Shown: positions 49,975-60,264 of the stretch, in pieces | How positions within the stretch are numbered: the first letter of the stretch is position 1 | How the letters are laid out: each line of letters opens with the position of its first letter | Assembly: GCA_965217895.1 (NCBI GenBank) | Contig: CBDCJV010000002.1 | Location: 192,001 to 256,000, forward strand | Length of the DNA stretch: 64,000 nucleotides | Origin: Waterburya sp. | GTDB lineage: Bacteria; Cyanobacteriota; Cyanobacteriia; Cyanobacteriales; Xenococcaceae | Reading direction: 5' to 3' | Notes under the pieces: generated by a model | Seen by the model: the letters and a program-made list of their open reading frames with translations, nothing else | What the model was told of the DNA's origin: nothing | Databases searched by the model: none | Made by a program: the position numbers and the translations under genes

Positions 49975-50057
49975 ATCGCAATCAAGCTGTTGATTTAGTC
50001 AAGGTTGAAGTCGATTCTAATTCAGAGTTTGGTTATTCTTTTGCGCCTGTTGATTAA
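49975..50057 (+). pseudogene. 3'-end remnant of a solute-binding-protein gene, copy 1
   Basis: Encodes RNQAVDLVKVEVDSNSEFGYSFAPVD-stop. Confidence 0.6.
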
Positions 50058-50205
50058 GTATTTAGCTACCTATATAGCAATTCTATTTCAGTTATGAATT
50101 AATCGACTGAGACAGGGAACAAGGAATAAAAATTGTTTATGGATCATTTAGGATTGCTATAGTTGGGCGAAACAATGGCAAAAAGAAAAGTAAAAAAATT
50201 AAGCG

Positions 50206-50598
50206 ATGAAAAGCCTCAAATTAATTTCAGCTTTGATGTTTACACTAATTCTAATTTGCTTTCTTTTCCCATTTATTACTTATGAGTTTATAGATATTTA
50301 TACAGTAACAGGTTTTGAGATTGTAACTAGTATAACTGATAATCCTAACTCTGGTGATAGCAAAGTTATCTATACTTATGTCTTGGCACTTATAGGACTA
50401 GGAACAGGCTTCTTTAAGTCACGAAAAAGTACAATTATCGCTTCTGGATCAGGAATATTTGGGGGAATATTACTACTATGGCTATGGGTAGAGACAAAAA
50501 GCTTTACATATCAATTTTTAACTTACGAAATCGGCTTTTGGAGTATTTTACTATTATTTTTTGGAGTCGCGTTTGTTAATCATTATTTGTCAAAATAA
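50206..50598 (+). CDS. Hypothetical 4-TM membrane protein
   Basis: Four hydrophobic segments, CFLFPF..TGFE and GFW. Confidence 0.7.
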   Translation: MKSLKLISALMFTLILICFLFPFITYEFIDIYTVTGFEIVTSITDNPNSGDSKVIYTYVLALIGLGTGFFKSRKSTIIASGSGIFGGILLLWLWVETKSFTYQFLTYEIGFWSILLLFFGVAFVNHYLSK

Positions 50599-50628
50599 GC
50601 CTCAAATGCGATTGATCGCTTTCTTGCA

Positions 50629-50760
50629 ACTGGCGCATCAGGAACAATTAAGTTTTTACCTTCAGGCGATCGCAATCAAGCGGTTGATTTAGTTAAGGTT
50701 AAAGTCGATCCTAATTCTGAATTTGGTTATTCTTTTGTGCCTGCCAATTCAAACAAATGA
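50629..50760 (+). pseudogene. 3'-end remnant of a solute-binding-protein gene, copy 2
   Basis: TGASGTIKFLPSGDRNQAVDLVKVKVDPNSEFGYSFVPANSNK-stop. G..G.I.F...GDR is typical of LivJ-like binding-protein C-termini. Its TGA overlaps the next ATG. Confidence 0.7.
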
Positions 50761-51610
50761 AAAATTTACCTCCATTGATTGTCTGTTTTTCGGGAGTCGC
50801 GATCGCTGTTGGTAATTTCTTAATTGAAAAGCCATATCCACAAGCTATCTCTGTAACCTGTCAGACACTTAAGAATACCATTATTGTCAACAGTAGTCAA
50901 TTTGTCGGCTCTTTACAAGCCAAACAACAGGCAGTTATTAAAGCAGAAAACGAGGGAAAAATAAGTCAGATTTTGGTTCAACCAGGAGAAAGCGTTAATG
51001 CTAATACTAGTGTTTTTTTACTAGATAATGGCAGTCAAATTAAAGCACCTATATCAGGAATAATTGCTGAGATTTCGGTCAATTCAGGAGAATTTATCAC
51101 TAAAGGTCAAATATTAACTAGTATTGTTAACAATCAAACTCTAAACCTTATAATTAGTGTTCCGATTGAGAACTCATCTCAACTAAAAATTGGTCTTCCT
51201 GTAGAAATTATTGACTCTTCAAGAAATGTTATTTTAAAAAGTAAAATTAACTTTATTTCTCCTGAAGTCAATCAAGAAGGTATCATAGCTAAGTCTATCT
51301 TCCACAATAACGGAAATTTCAGGACTAATCAGTTGGTCGCAGCTAAAATTATTTGGTCGCAAAAACCTGCAATTTTAATTCCAACTGAATCAGTATTTCG
51401 TATAGGTGGAAAAAGTCTTGTCTTTATAGTAGAAGAAAAAAAAATAGTGGCTCTATTTCGGTTGCCGAACCAAGACCTGTTGAATTAGGTAATATTCAAG
51501 GAAAACAGTACCAAGTCGCATCTGGTTTGAAAGCAGGAGAACAAATAATACTATCAAATATTATCAATCTTTCTGACGGCATTTCCATACAATGTCTCAA
51601 TAACTTTTGA
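50757..51610 (+). pseudogene. RND efflux periplasmic adaptor, frameshifted at an A9 run and lacking the helical hairpin
   Basis: Lipoyl halves GKISQILVQPGESV and IKAPISG are adjacent. After the A9 run (51436-51444) another frame continues RPVELG..YQVASGLKAGEQII to TGA 51610. Confidence 0.75.
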
Positions 51611-51822
51611 AGCTTCCATGCCAATTTATTATTAATGATAAATTTTAGCTTGTGTATGGTTGCCTTATTTCTATAAATAATCTAGGAATTTAATTCCAGT
51701 TTTTTTCCAGTTAAATCTCTGTCAGAACAATTAAATTTCCATATTTTTTAGATTGGATAATTTAATTCTTTTAAGTATATTGAGTCTTAAGGTTCAAATT
51801 ATTAGCTTTAATTCGCGTGCAA

Positions 51823-51905
51823 ATTGCAACCATGCTGTTTAGTTACTAAAGGTCGGAGTTGATTCTAATTCAGAATTTGGCTATTCTTTTGTCCCTGCGA
51901 ATTAA
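51823..51905 (+). pseudogene. 3'-end remnant of a solute-binding-protein gene, copy 3 (degenerate)
   Basis: ..LLKVGVDSNSEFGYSFVPAN-stop; similar to copies 1 and 2. Confidence 0.55.
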
Positions 51906-51927
51906 ATGAACTTGAACGGAACAGATT

Positions 51928-53130
51928 ATGAAAAGTTTAACCATATTAAGACAAACAATCACCTTAAGTTTTATAAGTTTTATTAGTTCAAGCGTTTTAT
52001 TTACTCCTCTTGCTAGTCAGGCTTTAACTGTTGAGGAAGTAACCAATCCTCGTCACAATAATGGTGGTTGGGTTACAGATTCAGCCGACATTCTTAGCGA
52101 GTATACTGAACAGCAACTAAATCAGATGATTTCTCAATTGGAAGCTGGTAATGGTACAGAAATAGCCGTTGTTACTGTACCAGAAACTTTTCCTGCTGAC
52201 TCTCCTAAAACTTTTGCAACGCAACTATTTAATTACTGGGGAATTGGTAAAGCAGACAAAGATAATGGCATCTTGTTTTTAATTTCTAAGGAAGATAGGC
52301 GTGTGGAAATTGAAACTGGTTATGGTATTGAAGGGATCTTACCCAATACCCAAGTAGGCGACATTATTGATACTAAAATTACCCCCCAATACAAACAGGG
52401 TAATTACGATCGCGGTACACTTGATGGTACAAATGCTTTAATTGAGGCGATAAATTCTCCTGCTGTCAAAAGTCTGCAAACATCTTTACCAAATAGAAAC
52501 TTGAATATACTTTTTATCTTAGCTGGAATAGCAGTGACTTCAACAGCGGGAGGACTTTTATGGTTGTGGAAAAAATCGAATAAGATTTTTGTCGATCCTC
52601 ACAAAACTACGATCTCTCTTAATCGCACTAATAGCCGAAACATTCACTGTGCTAAATGTAGTCAGCCAATGGAAAAGGTTGAAAATATAATAAAGTTAAC
52701 CAAAACCCAGCAGGTAGCTAAAAAAATTGGCGCAGTTAGCTACAGAGGCTATAAATGTTTAAACTGTAGTAATGCAATACAGCCATACTCAATTATTGCT
52801 TATGCTTCTCATTCTTCTCGCTATCAATATTGTCCTGAATGTGAAGAGTTAACGGTTACTTGTACTGGAGAAACTTTAAAACCCCCAAGCTACCACCGTA
52901 AAGGAAAACTTCTTGTTAGTGATATATGTCATTGCTGCGATTATCTTCAGGAAAAAATCGAAGATATCCCCTGTTTAATTCGTACTTACAAAAATAGTGG
53001 CAATAGAAGTAGTAACAGCAGTATTTATTATGGTAGTTCTTGTGGAGGCTCTAGCGATAGCGGTGGAAGCTCAGGTAGTGATTTTGGTGGAGGCTCTAGC
53101 GGTGGCGGTGGTGCAGGAGGAGATTGGTAA
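51928..53130 (+). CDS. TPM-domain protein with TM helix, Cys-rich region and Gly/Ser tail
   Basis: VTDSADILS, EIAVVTV, WGIGKADKDNGILFLIS, RRVEIETGYG, four CxxC-type pairs and FGGGSSGGGGAGGDW. Confidence 0.9.
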   Translation: MKSLTILRQTITLSFISFISSSVLFTPLASQALTVEEVTNPRHNNGGWVTDSADILSEYTEQQLNQMISQLEAGNGTEIAVVTVPETFPADSPKTFATQLFNYWGIGKADKDNGILFLISKEDRRVEIETGYGIEGILPNTQVGDIIDTKITPQYKQGNYDRGTLDGTNALIEAINSPAVKSLQTSLPNRNLNILFILAGIAVTSTAGGLLWLWKKSNKIFVDPHKTTISLNRTNSRNIHCAKCSQPMEKVENIIKLTKTQQVAKKIGAVSYRGYKCLNCSNAIQPYSIIAYASHSSRYQYCPECEELTVTCTGETLKPPSYHRKGKLLVSDICHCCDYLQEKIEDIPCLIRTYKNSGNRSSNSSIYYGSSCGGSSDSGGSSGSDFGGGSSGGGGAGGDW

Positions 53131-53258
53131 CTTCTTTTAGCTACGAAAAGACACACTTTGTACGTCATATACTAAATTACCAACGCCATAATATTTTCCT
53201 GTACAAATACACCATAAAGTTCTCATAACTTTTAATTTATAATAGAGATATTTTTATT

Positions 53259-54077
53259 ATGACCGCTAAAAATAGTTTTCCCTATAAACTAATTACATAC
53301 TCTGGTCTAGGATTTTTGTTACTCTTAGCTTTAATTGTATTTAAGCCATTTGCTATCATAAAAGCTGGCGATCGCGGTGTGGTAATGCGCTTTGGAAAAG
53401 TTCAAGCAGCAATTCTTGATGAAGGTATTCATCCAATTATTCCTGTGGTTAATTCAGTTCAACCTTTAACCGTGCGCGTACAAAAAAATGACGTTGATGC
53501 TGCTGCTTCTTCTAAAGATTTACAGGATATAAAAATACAAGTTGCCCTTAATTGGCATATTAATCCTGAAAAAGTCAATACTGTTTTTCAACGTATTGGA
53601 GATGAAGAACAAATTATCAATCGAATTATCGATCCTGCGGTTTCAGAGATCGTAAAAGCTGCTTCTGCCCAAAAAAATGCCGAAGAAATTATTACTAAAC
53701 GCAATGAAATTAAGCAACAAATTGACGTAGAACTCAAACAAAGACTTGATGATTATGGAATATTAGTTGATGATGTGTCCTTAGTTAATATTGCTTTCTC
53801 CCCAGAATTTACTAAAGCGATTGAAGCCAAACAAATTGCTGAACAACAGGCAAAGCAAGCTGACTATGAAGCCTTAAAAGCTGAGAAAACTGCCCAAGCA
53901 GAAATTAATCGGGCAAAAGGTCAGGCAGAGGCTCAAAGATTACAAAAGCTGACCTTAACTCCTGCACTGTTGCAAAAAGAGGCAATTACTAAATGGGATG
54001 GCAAATTCCCGATGGTGATGGGAGGTGATGGGGCATTGCCTTTTATTAATATCGATCCACAAAAGATTAGTCAGTAG
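53259..54077 (+). CDS. Prohibitin/SPFH-family protein
   Basis: GDRGVVMRFG, SKDLQ, FSPEFTKAIEAKQIAEQ and KWDG. Confidence 0.93.
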   Translation: MTAKNSFPYKLITYSGLGFLLLLALIVFKPFAIIKAGDRGVVMRFGKVQAAILDEGIHPIIPVVNSVQPLTVRVQKNDVDAAASSKDLQDIKIQVALNWHINPEKVNTVFQRIGDEEQIINRIIDPAVSEIVKAASAQKNAEEIITKRNEIKQQIDVELKQRLDDYGILVDDVSLVNIAFSPEFTKAIEAKQIAEQQAKQADYEALKAEKTAQAEINRAKGQAEAQRLQKLTLTPALLQKEAITKWDGKFPMVMGGDGALPFINIDPQKISQ

Positions 54078-54137
54078 AAAATAGAAAAAGACGCAGCCTT
54101 ACAACCACGCCTTTAAAACTAAATTATTGTTAATCAA

Positions 54138-57100
54138 TTAACCAGCAACAGCTAATGCACCTGCAACAGCAGCAGCGATCGCGGAAATCAAAGCGGTAAA
54201 AAACAACCACCACGAAGCAGTTGCAGCAGCTTTACGAGTATCTTCTACCTGTTTGGCAGCCTGTTTTTTGGCTGACTCTATACGCATTGCTGCCGCGGTT
54301 TGGATACGTTCTGCACGTTGTAAAGCGCGATCGCGGGTTCTTTCGATCTGGCTAATAATGCGCTCGGCATCGGCTTGAGAGATATCATCGCGAGAACTCA
54401 TGACTGCAACTAAAGTATCGCGATCGACGCTAGAAAAGCGATCTCTGAGGGCAGTAAAACCAGCTTGAGGATCGTCAAACATCACGTTTACATCTTGTCT
54501 GATGCCATCATAAGCTAGTTCAGGACGATCTAAGCTATCAAGATAAGATTTAATTTTTGCCAGAATACGGTCAAGTACAGACTTGATTTGATCTTGCACC
54601 TTCTGTAGCTGCGCCATGGCGTTATCTCTCACGGCTAACACCTGATCGACTACTTGGTTGACATCTTCTTCAGAGATATCTTCTCTTTGAGTTAATAAGG
54701 CAACTAAAGTCGAGCGGTCAAACTGTGACAATCTGTCTTTGAGGCTTTCTGCACCGGCACGAGGATCGTTAAGCAGTAGTTCTACATCGCGCTTAATACC
54801 TGTAGGGCTTAATTCTGCTTTATCAGTAGAGCGTAGATAATCAGCGATCGCACTTTGAAAATCTTGAACTTTCTCCTGAGTACGAATAGCTGCACGACGG
54901 GGTGCTTTAGCAATGCTGCGGATGGTAGATTGAATATCATCGATCACCTGATTGACATCAGCTTCGCTTAAGTCTCGACGCTGTGCCAATAGCTGTACCA
55001 AAGTATCGCGATCCATAGCTGCTAAACGTTGACGAATAGCTCTAGATCCGAGTTTGGGATCGTTGAATAATAAACTGAGATCCCGTTCAATACCTTTGGG
55101 GTTAAGTTCAGGCTTGCCAGTTTGACGCAGATAATCAGCGATCGCCGTGGTGGCCTGATCGTATTGTTCCTGGGCTTTGCCTACTAATTGCCCTGGTGCG
55201 TTAACAACTCGCATCCATGTACCTTCAACACTATCGAGTACATCTTCTATTTGCTCTTCGCTTAAGTCTTGACGTTGAGCTAGTAGCTGAGTCAGGGTAT
55301 CGCGATCAAAGTTGGATAATCTGGCTTTTAATGCCGAACTTCCTGCTTGAGGATTATTAAGCATTAGCTGTAAATCTTGCTTGATGCCATCTGGATTTAA
55401 TTCGCCTCTGCCCGTATCCCTTAAATAAGACTGAACCTGAAGCCACTGTCTATCGGCAACGGTTTGAGCCTGACCAAGATTTTTCTGAGAATCTGCCAAA
55501 ACGCGATCGCGCGCTAGTTCTAATTCTCCTGTAATAGCTGATGCTTCAATTGCCTCTGTATCACTCCGTAACTCAAGCATTCGTTCTAAAGTCGGGCGAT
55601 CTAACACGGCTAAACGAGTACTCAACTCTTCATAGCTAGCGTCAAAGTCTTCAAGTATTGGCTTAAACTCCATTTGGATTTTCTCAGGAGTGAGATTTTC
55701 TTTGGGGGTGGTAGTTAAATATTGTTCTACTTCCACCATTAGTTCAATACTTTTTTGTCGTGCATGGGCTGCCTCAGCCGTAGCAATTACCTCTAGACGA
55801 ATTGCATCCAGTAGGTTTGCCGTGCTGCGAATTTGAGTTTGAGACAATAATCCTTTTTGCTTGAGAATCTCGACAAAATCGGGACGACTAATTTGTCTTA
55901 AGTCTGAAGCTACTGCCAGAGGATCGGCAGCAGGATCGTAAATCAAATCGCGAAATTCTCGATCTAAGTTAGCTTGCTTTAGCTGCCAAGGATAGGCATT
56001 GAGCAAGTAGTTTTTGATATCTTTTTTGACAGTAGTTTCGGGGGTACTGGCAAGTCCTAACTGAGATGCAGCCTTGTTGGTTTGTTCGCCTAAGTGTCCT
56101 CCTAAACCTTGTAACTGCTCGGTAATTTTATCAACATCTATATCGCTAAGATCGCTACGTCCCATGACTATATTAGCCAAGCTACTAGCACCAAAGGATG
56201 TTGCCGCTTTCATTAAGGGGCTATTAGATTGAGAGCGACGATTTTTACCTATTTCGCCGATTAAAGAATCTAATTTGTCTCCAAAATCTGTACCTGTAAG
56301 CTGTTCTCTGGTTGCCGACTTGAGATAGCTGGCAAAACTGCTAACAGGATCGCCAGAGGGAGCAACCTTGCTATGAGTTTTGTTCCAAACCGACTCTAGC
56401 TTACCAGCAATACGATCTGCATCTTTTTTCGAGATGTCACTGCGATCGCTAATTAACTGGACAAAAGTGTTGCGATCGACGCTGCGAATACTATCGCTAT
56501 CTAAAATGGTATGCAGATTTTCATCATCTAACAACTGTTCAAAATCTTTGGCTATCTTATCTACATCTAATCCCGCTGGTTTGAGAGAATGCAAAAAGTC
56601 CTCAACGTTTTCCCGCATCGAAACAGGATCGATCGCCATTCCCAATTCTTTTCTTACCGCAGCGGCAGCAGCTTCTGCTGTATTAACTACCTGTTTACTA
56701 GCTGCACCTGCACCTATGGCAGCGGTGGCAGTACCTAAAATTGACTGCATTCCCGATGTGGCAGTACCAACAACTGAACCTAGTAGCGAACCAATTGCCC
56801 TAGAGCTAAAAGTTACCATGAGAGCAAAAAACGCCGCCCAAATAACCAAGCCAACAATTGCCCCTGAAAGTGGAGCTATAAATAAGCCTAGCTTAACAGC
56901 TAGAAAACTAGCAATAAATAAAGCCAGACTAACGCTGATTAGAGTACCTAAGCCAACAGCAAAACCTATTTTTTTGATGGTGCTGCCTAAGCCACTAGAA
57001 CTGTGAGAACTATCGTCTGCTACGTCATATACGGTTTTCCCTTCTAGATCCTGTAGATTTTCTGTATCAGGTGTAGAAGAGCTACTAGAACTTCCGCCAG

Positions 57101-57293
57101 CCATAGAAATACCAGCAGCAACTCCCAAATTGGTAAATAATAGTTGGAAAGCAAAAGCTAAAACTACCCCTGCAATTAAAGCTGCAAAAAATTGAGGACC
57201 GTTGAATACAAAGGAGGCATCTTGAACTGCTTGTAAATTTGGCTCAGGTTGTACTATGACAGGAGCCTGGAGCAATATTTTCGTATAAAACAC
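54138..57293 (-). CDS. Large membrane-anchored helical-repeat protein
   Basis: N-terminal TM segments, several ~77-aa repeats (YLR.T.K.ELNP.GI.RD..LL..DP..G...L..RL..FDRDTLV.LL.QR.D.SE) and a C-terminal AAATASWWLF TM helix. Confidence 0.85.
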   Translation of the reverse strand: MFYTKILLQAPVIVQPEPNLQAVQDASFVFNGPQFFAALIAGVVLAFAFQLLFTNLGVAAGISMAGGSSSSSSTPDTENLQDLEGKTVYDVADDSSHSSSGLGSTIKKIGFAVGLGTLISVSLALFIASFLAVKLGLFIAPLSGAIVGLVIWAAFFALMVTFSSRAIGSLLGSVVGTATSGMQSILGTATAAIGAGAASKQVVNTAEAAAAAVRKELGMAIDPVSMRENVEDFLHSLKPAGLDVDKIAKDFEQLLDDENLHTILDSDSIRSVDRNTFVQLISDRSDISKKDADRIAGKLESVWNKTHSKVAPSGDPVSSFASYLKSATREQLTGTDFGDKLDSLIGEIGKNRRSQSNSPLMKAATSFGASSLANIVMGRSDLSDIDVDKITEQLQGLGGHLGEQTNKAASQLGLASTPETTVKKDIKNYLLNAYPWQLKQANLDREFRDLIYDPAADPLAVASDLRQISRPDFVEILKQKGLLSQTQIRSTANLLDAIRLEVIATAEAAHARQKSIELMVEVEQYLTTTPKENLTPEKIQMEFKPILEDFDASYEELSTRLAVLDRPTLERMLELRSDTEAIEASAITGELELARDRVLADSQKNLGQAQTVADRQWLQVQSYLRDTGRGELNPDGIKQDLQLMLNNPQAGSSALKARLSNFDRDTLTQLLAQRQDLSEEQIEDVLDSVEGTWMRVVNAPGQLVGKAQEQYDQATTAIADYLRQTGKPELNPKGIERDLSLLFNDPKLGSRAIRQRLAAMDRDTLVQLLAQRRDLSEADVNQVIDDIQSTIRSIAKAPRRAAIRTQEKVQDFQSAIADYLRSTDKAELSPTGIKRDVELLLNDPRAGAESLKDRLSQFDRSTLVALLTQREDISEEDVNQVVDQVLAVRDNAMAQLQKVQDQIKSVLDRILAKIKSYLDSLDRPELAYDGIRQDVNVMFDDPQAGFTALRDRFSSVDRDTLVAVMSSRDDISQADAERIISQIERTRDRALQRAERIQTAAAMRIESAKKQAAKQVEDTRKAAATASWWLFFTALISAIAAAVAGALAVAG

Positions 57294-57691
57294 GACTTTT
57301 TTCCTTTAATAATTAATCTTTTTGAAAAAACCTATTAATAAATAGGTAGAGTAAATTCTTGAATAATTTTCCAAAAAAAACTATGCCTTTAGTTTCTAGT
57401 TAGATTACCAAATATTTACCCGATCATCATCTTTCTTTGGATAGGAATGCTTAATTTATAAATATAGACATCTTCAAGTCATACACCTAAGGTTATATAT
57501 TGAACCTATCATTTGTATATCAAAGTGCTAAGTAGATTTCAATTATCTTTTAAAAATCTTAGTAAATATACCAGATTACATTAGAAAAAGAGGAAAAGCA
57601 AAACTATTCCTTTTGGTAGATTGATTGTTATGAAATTTAAATTAATCTAAGTAGTAACAATAAATACAGAAATCTCAAAGGAGATAATATT

Positions 57692-57874
57692 ATGAGTGCT
57701 GAAGATAGAGCTAAGGCTACAGCTAAGAATGTAGAAGGTAAAGCCCAAGAAGCAATGGGTAAAGTTACTGGAGACAAAGGCGATCAGGCAGCAGGTAAAG
57801 CCAAGCAAGGCGAAGCATCTGCTCGACACGCTGCAGAAGACGGCAAAGATGCAGTCAAAGATGCAGTTGACTAA
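57692..57874 (+). CDS. csbD: CsbD-family general stress protein
   Basis: KNVEGKAQEAMGKVTGD..AGKAKQ; AAGGAG RBS. Confidence 0.9.
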   Translation: MSAEDRAKATAKNVEGKAQEAMGKVTGDKGDQAAGKAKQGEASARHAAEDGKDAVKDAVD

Positions 57875-57916
57875 TCAAATAATTAATTTGATAGTAATTT
57901 AATTTATTAAAAATTG

Positions 57917-57947
57917 AGAAGGAAGCAAAATTTTCCTTCTCTCTTTT
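57917..57947 (+). terminator. Rho-independent terminator
   Basis: GAGAAGGAA..TTCCTTCTC hairpin followed by a T-rich tract. Confidence 0.55.
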
Positions 57948-57995
57948 GTTTAAATATCGCCTTGTTAAACAACATTTGGAGTTTCATTTATAAAA

Positions 57996-58430
57996 ATGAA
58001 GTTAAACAAAATCCGCCGTATTTTAACGGCTACCCTACTAGCATTGATGATAACAGTTACGGCTACCGCCTGTTCTTCTAGTAGTACTGCTACACTGCCT
58101 AATCCAACTTTAGACAGTAGATCTACTGCCTATACTCAACTAGAAAGAGGAGACAGTGTTGCAGGACAAAAATTTGGTGATTGGGTAGTTAGCACTAGCC
58201 AAGGATTAGTTAAAGATTCTTTTGTACGTGATAACAATAAGCTCGGTGTAGTTATTTCGGATAAAGTTAAGCCCACAGAAGTAAAAACATTAGCTAAAGC
58301 TTTGGCAATGGGTTTTCATCAAAATTTTCCCGATCAAGATCTAACAATTTTGATGTATGCACCAGACAAAGAAAGAATTTTGACTGCTAAATATGACGTG
58401 CAGTCTAACAACATTGAATACCAAGGGTAA
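57996..58430 (+). CDS. Hypothetical lipoprotein
   Basis: Signal peptide with an ATAC lipobox. Confidence 0.8.
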   Translation: MKLNKIRRILTATLLALMITVTATACSSSSTATLPNPTLDSRSTAYTQLERGDSVAGQKFGDWVVSTSQGLVKDSFVRDNNKLGVVISDKVKPTEVKTLAKALAMGFHQNFPDQDLTILMYAPDKERILTAKYDVQSNNIEYQG

Positions 58431-58445
58431 AACATTAAACATTGA

Positions 58446-58488
58446 CGAGCGACCCCGCGTCGCCGAAAGGCACAAGGGAATGCGCGAG
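58446..58488 (+). repeat. GACCCCGCGTCGCC..CAAGGGAATGC short repeat
   Basis: Flanked by CGAG direct repeats. Other copies at 6091-6123 (minus) and two in 25204-25350. Confidence 0.75.
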
Positions 58489-58551
58489 TTAAACATTTAT
58501 TAATGGGTCAATGTTTTCTATTTCCCTCACACTTTTTTAGGAGCAAGAATT

Positions 58552-59061
58552 ATGTCCAGTAGTGACAAGTATAAAAAACAAGTAATGAACGACCTAGCAG
58601 GTGGGAACGTCGAATCTCTCGACGGCTCTCCTGTGAGCGAGAATTACGACAACTTTGATGATTTTGCTCAACGTAGCACCAAAGAGGAAAGACACGGTTT
58701 GTTCCAAAAAGCTTTTCATCATGATAATGTTTCTCCGCAACAAATGGAGCCTGAGCTGCAAAAGGCGATCGCTCAAATTAAGCCTAATGAAAGAGATGAT
58801 GTAGCCAAAGACTTTATTAAGCATCTAGAAAAAAGAGGTTTAAAGGAAAGAGATTTAGAAAAACAGCTTGGTTTGTCTACCCATCACGCCAGTCGCATGA
58901 ATGCTGACGATGTTAGCAAGCTGGCAAGTTTTACCTATCATTCTCATCCTGATATCTTTCAAGAAGTAATGGCGGATCAACCCGCACTGTTAAAATTCTT
59001 TAGCAATCCCTTAGTCGGTGCAGCTTTAGGTGCAGTGGCAGCTAAGTGGTTACACCGTTAA
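58552..59061 (+). CDS. Hypothetical protein
   Basis: 169-aa ORF with an AGGAG RBS. Confidence 0.8.
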   Translation: MSSSDKYKKQVMNDLAGGNVESLDGSPVSENYDNFDDFAQRSTKEERHGLFQKAFHHDNVSPQQMEPELQKAIAQIKPNERDDVAKDFIKHLEKRGLKERDLEKQLGLSTHHASRMNADDVSKLASFTYHSHPDIFQEVMADQPALLKFFSNPLVGAALGAVAAKWLHR

Positions 59062-59238
59062 CTCAAATAAATAATTTGTTAAATCTTAGCAATATTATAA
59101 GGACGTTTTGTTTTACCTAACGTCCTTGTTTTTGTGGTCATTTGATGTTTACTATCTATAGCAGTACACACCTCAACAATTGGCAAGTTTAAAAGCCGTA
59201 GGTTTGCAAGCCAGCCATTCAACACTAATGATAAATAT

Positions 59239-60264
59239 TTAATGCTCAATGTTCAATGCAGACATATCTAAATCAAATTTGATGGCAATTTGGCTGAGTA
59301 CTTCCTGTTCTTTCAAAGTGATTTCACCTTTAGACTTAGCAATCCTGTAGCATCTTTCTAAGGTTAAAGGTGCAAATTCTGGCAACAGTTTGTTTAATAA
59401 GCTAGATAAATCTTGAGGCTGTTCTAAACTTTTAGCGATGTTTTTCACCGAAGAAGAAGAAATGTCTTCAATTACTTTCAAAGTTTCTGACCAATCTTGG
59501 TTTGGATAACTAACTCTGATCATCTGCGCCAAAATGCAGTCCATGATTTTAGACTGTTCTAAAGCAATTCGCCAATCTGCATCGGTTTTTTGCTGCATAG
59601 ATGCAACCTCTTTGTGATCGATCTTTCCCTGGTAGAAACGACAGGCTGTTTGACCCAGTACATAAAGCATTGCTGCATTAGTAGACGCACCTACCGCTGC
59701 ACCAATACCTGGAATGATTTCTACAATGGTCAAACCTGTTTTCATTACGTCTGCACCTAATGATAAGCCAAAGATAGCTAAAGCTTCTCCTCGTCTTGCA
59801 GACTCTTCTAAATCTAAACCATAGGCTGCTGCAATTTCATACACCATTTCGGTTTGCAGCTTAGTGGTGGCGATTAATTCTATCCCCAAAAATAATGCTG
59901 CAATAGGCGGAATGATATTGGTAAGTAGTCCTAAACGTCCACCTTCCCAAGTTTTTTCCACAATTAAGCGATGAGCAATTTCATTAGGAGTATCATTAGG
60001 ATATTGCGATCGCATTTTATCCACGGTAGTTTGTATCTTAGTAATGTCAACCTTGCCTAAAAAAGTCATCAACCAATCTAAACCGATGATCTTATCTGCT
60101 GACTTTAAAATAGGATTAGAGGCAATCCACTCTAAAGTCTCGCCTGTAGAGTGAGTGGTATGCTCTAGTAGCTTTTGAGCTTCGGTGGTAATGGTTGCAG
60201 TTAAATCACCCAAATTGTTAATTGCTTCGCTGATAAAGTTTTCAGGTGGAGTTGGTTTTGACAT
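59239..60264 (-). CDS. EcsC/DUF697-like protein
   Basis: LQTEMVYEIAAAYGLD and IPGIGAAVGASTNA. Confidence 0.75.
   Translation of the reverse strand: MSKPTPPENFISEAINNLGDLTATITTEAQKLLEHTTHSTGETLEWIASNPILKSADKIIGLDWLMTFLGKVDITKIQTTVDKMRSQYPNDTPNEIAHRLIVEKTWEGGRLGLLTNIIPPIAALFLGIELIATTKLQTEMVYEIAAAYGLDLEESARRGEALAIFGLSLGADVMKTGLTIVEIIPGIGAAVGASTNAAMLYVLGQTACRFYQGKIDHKEVASMQQKTDADWRIALEQSKIMDCILAQMIRVSYPNQDWSETLKVIEDISSSSVKNIAKSLEQPQDLSSLLNKLLPEFAPLTLERCYRIAKSKGEITLKEQEVLSQIAIKFDLDMSALNIEH

Noticed and set aside
56380..57006. 208-aa plus-strand ORF and other antisense ORFs (e.g. 36977-37324, 42031-42393, 63687-63902)
   Set aside because: They are shadow frames opposite well-supported genes.
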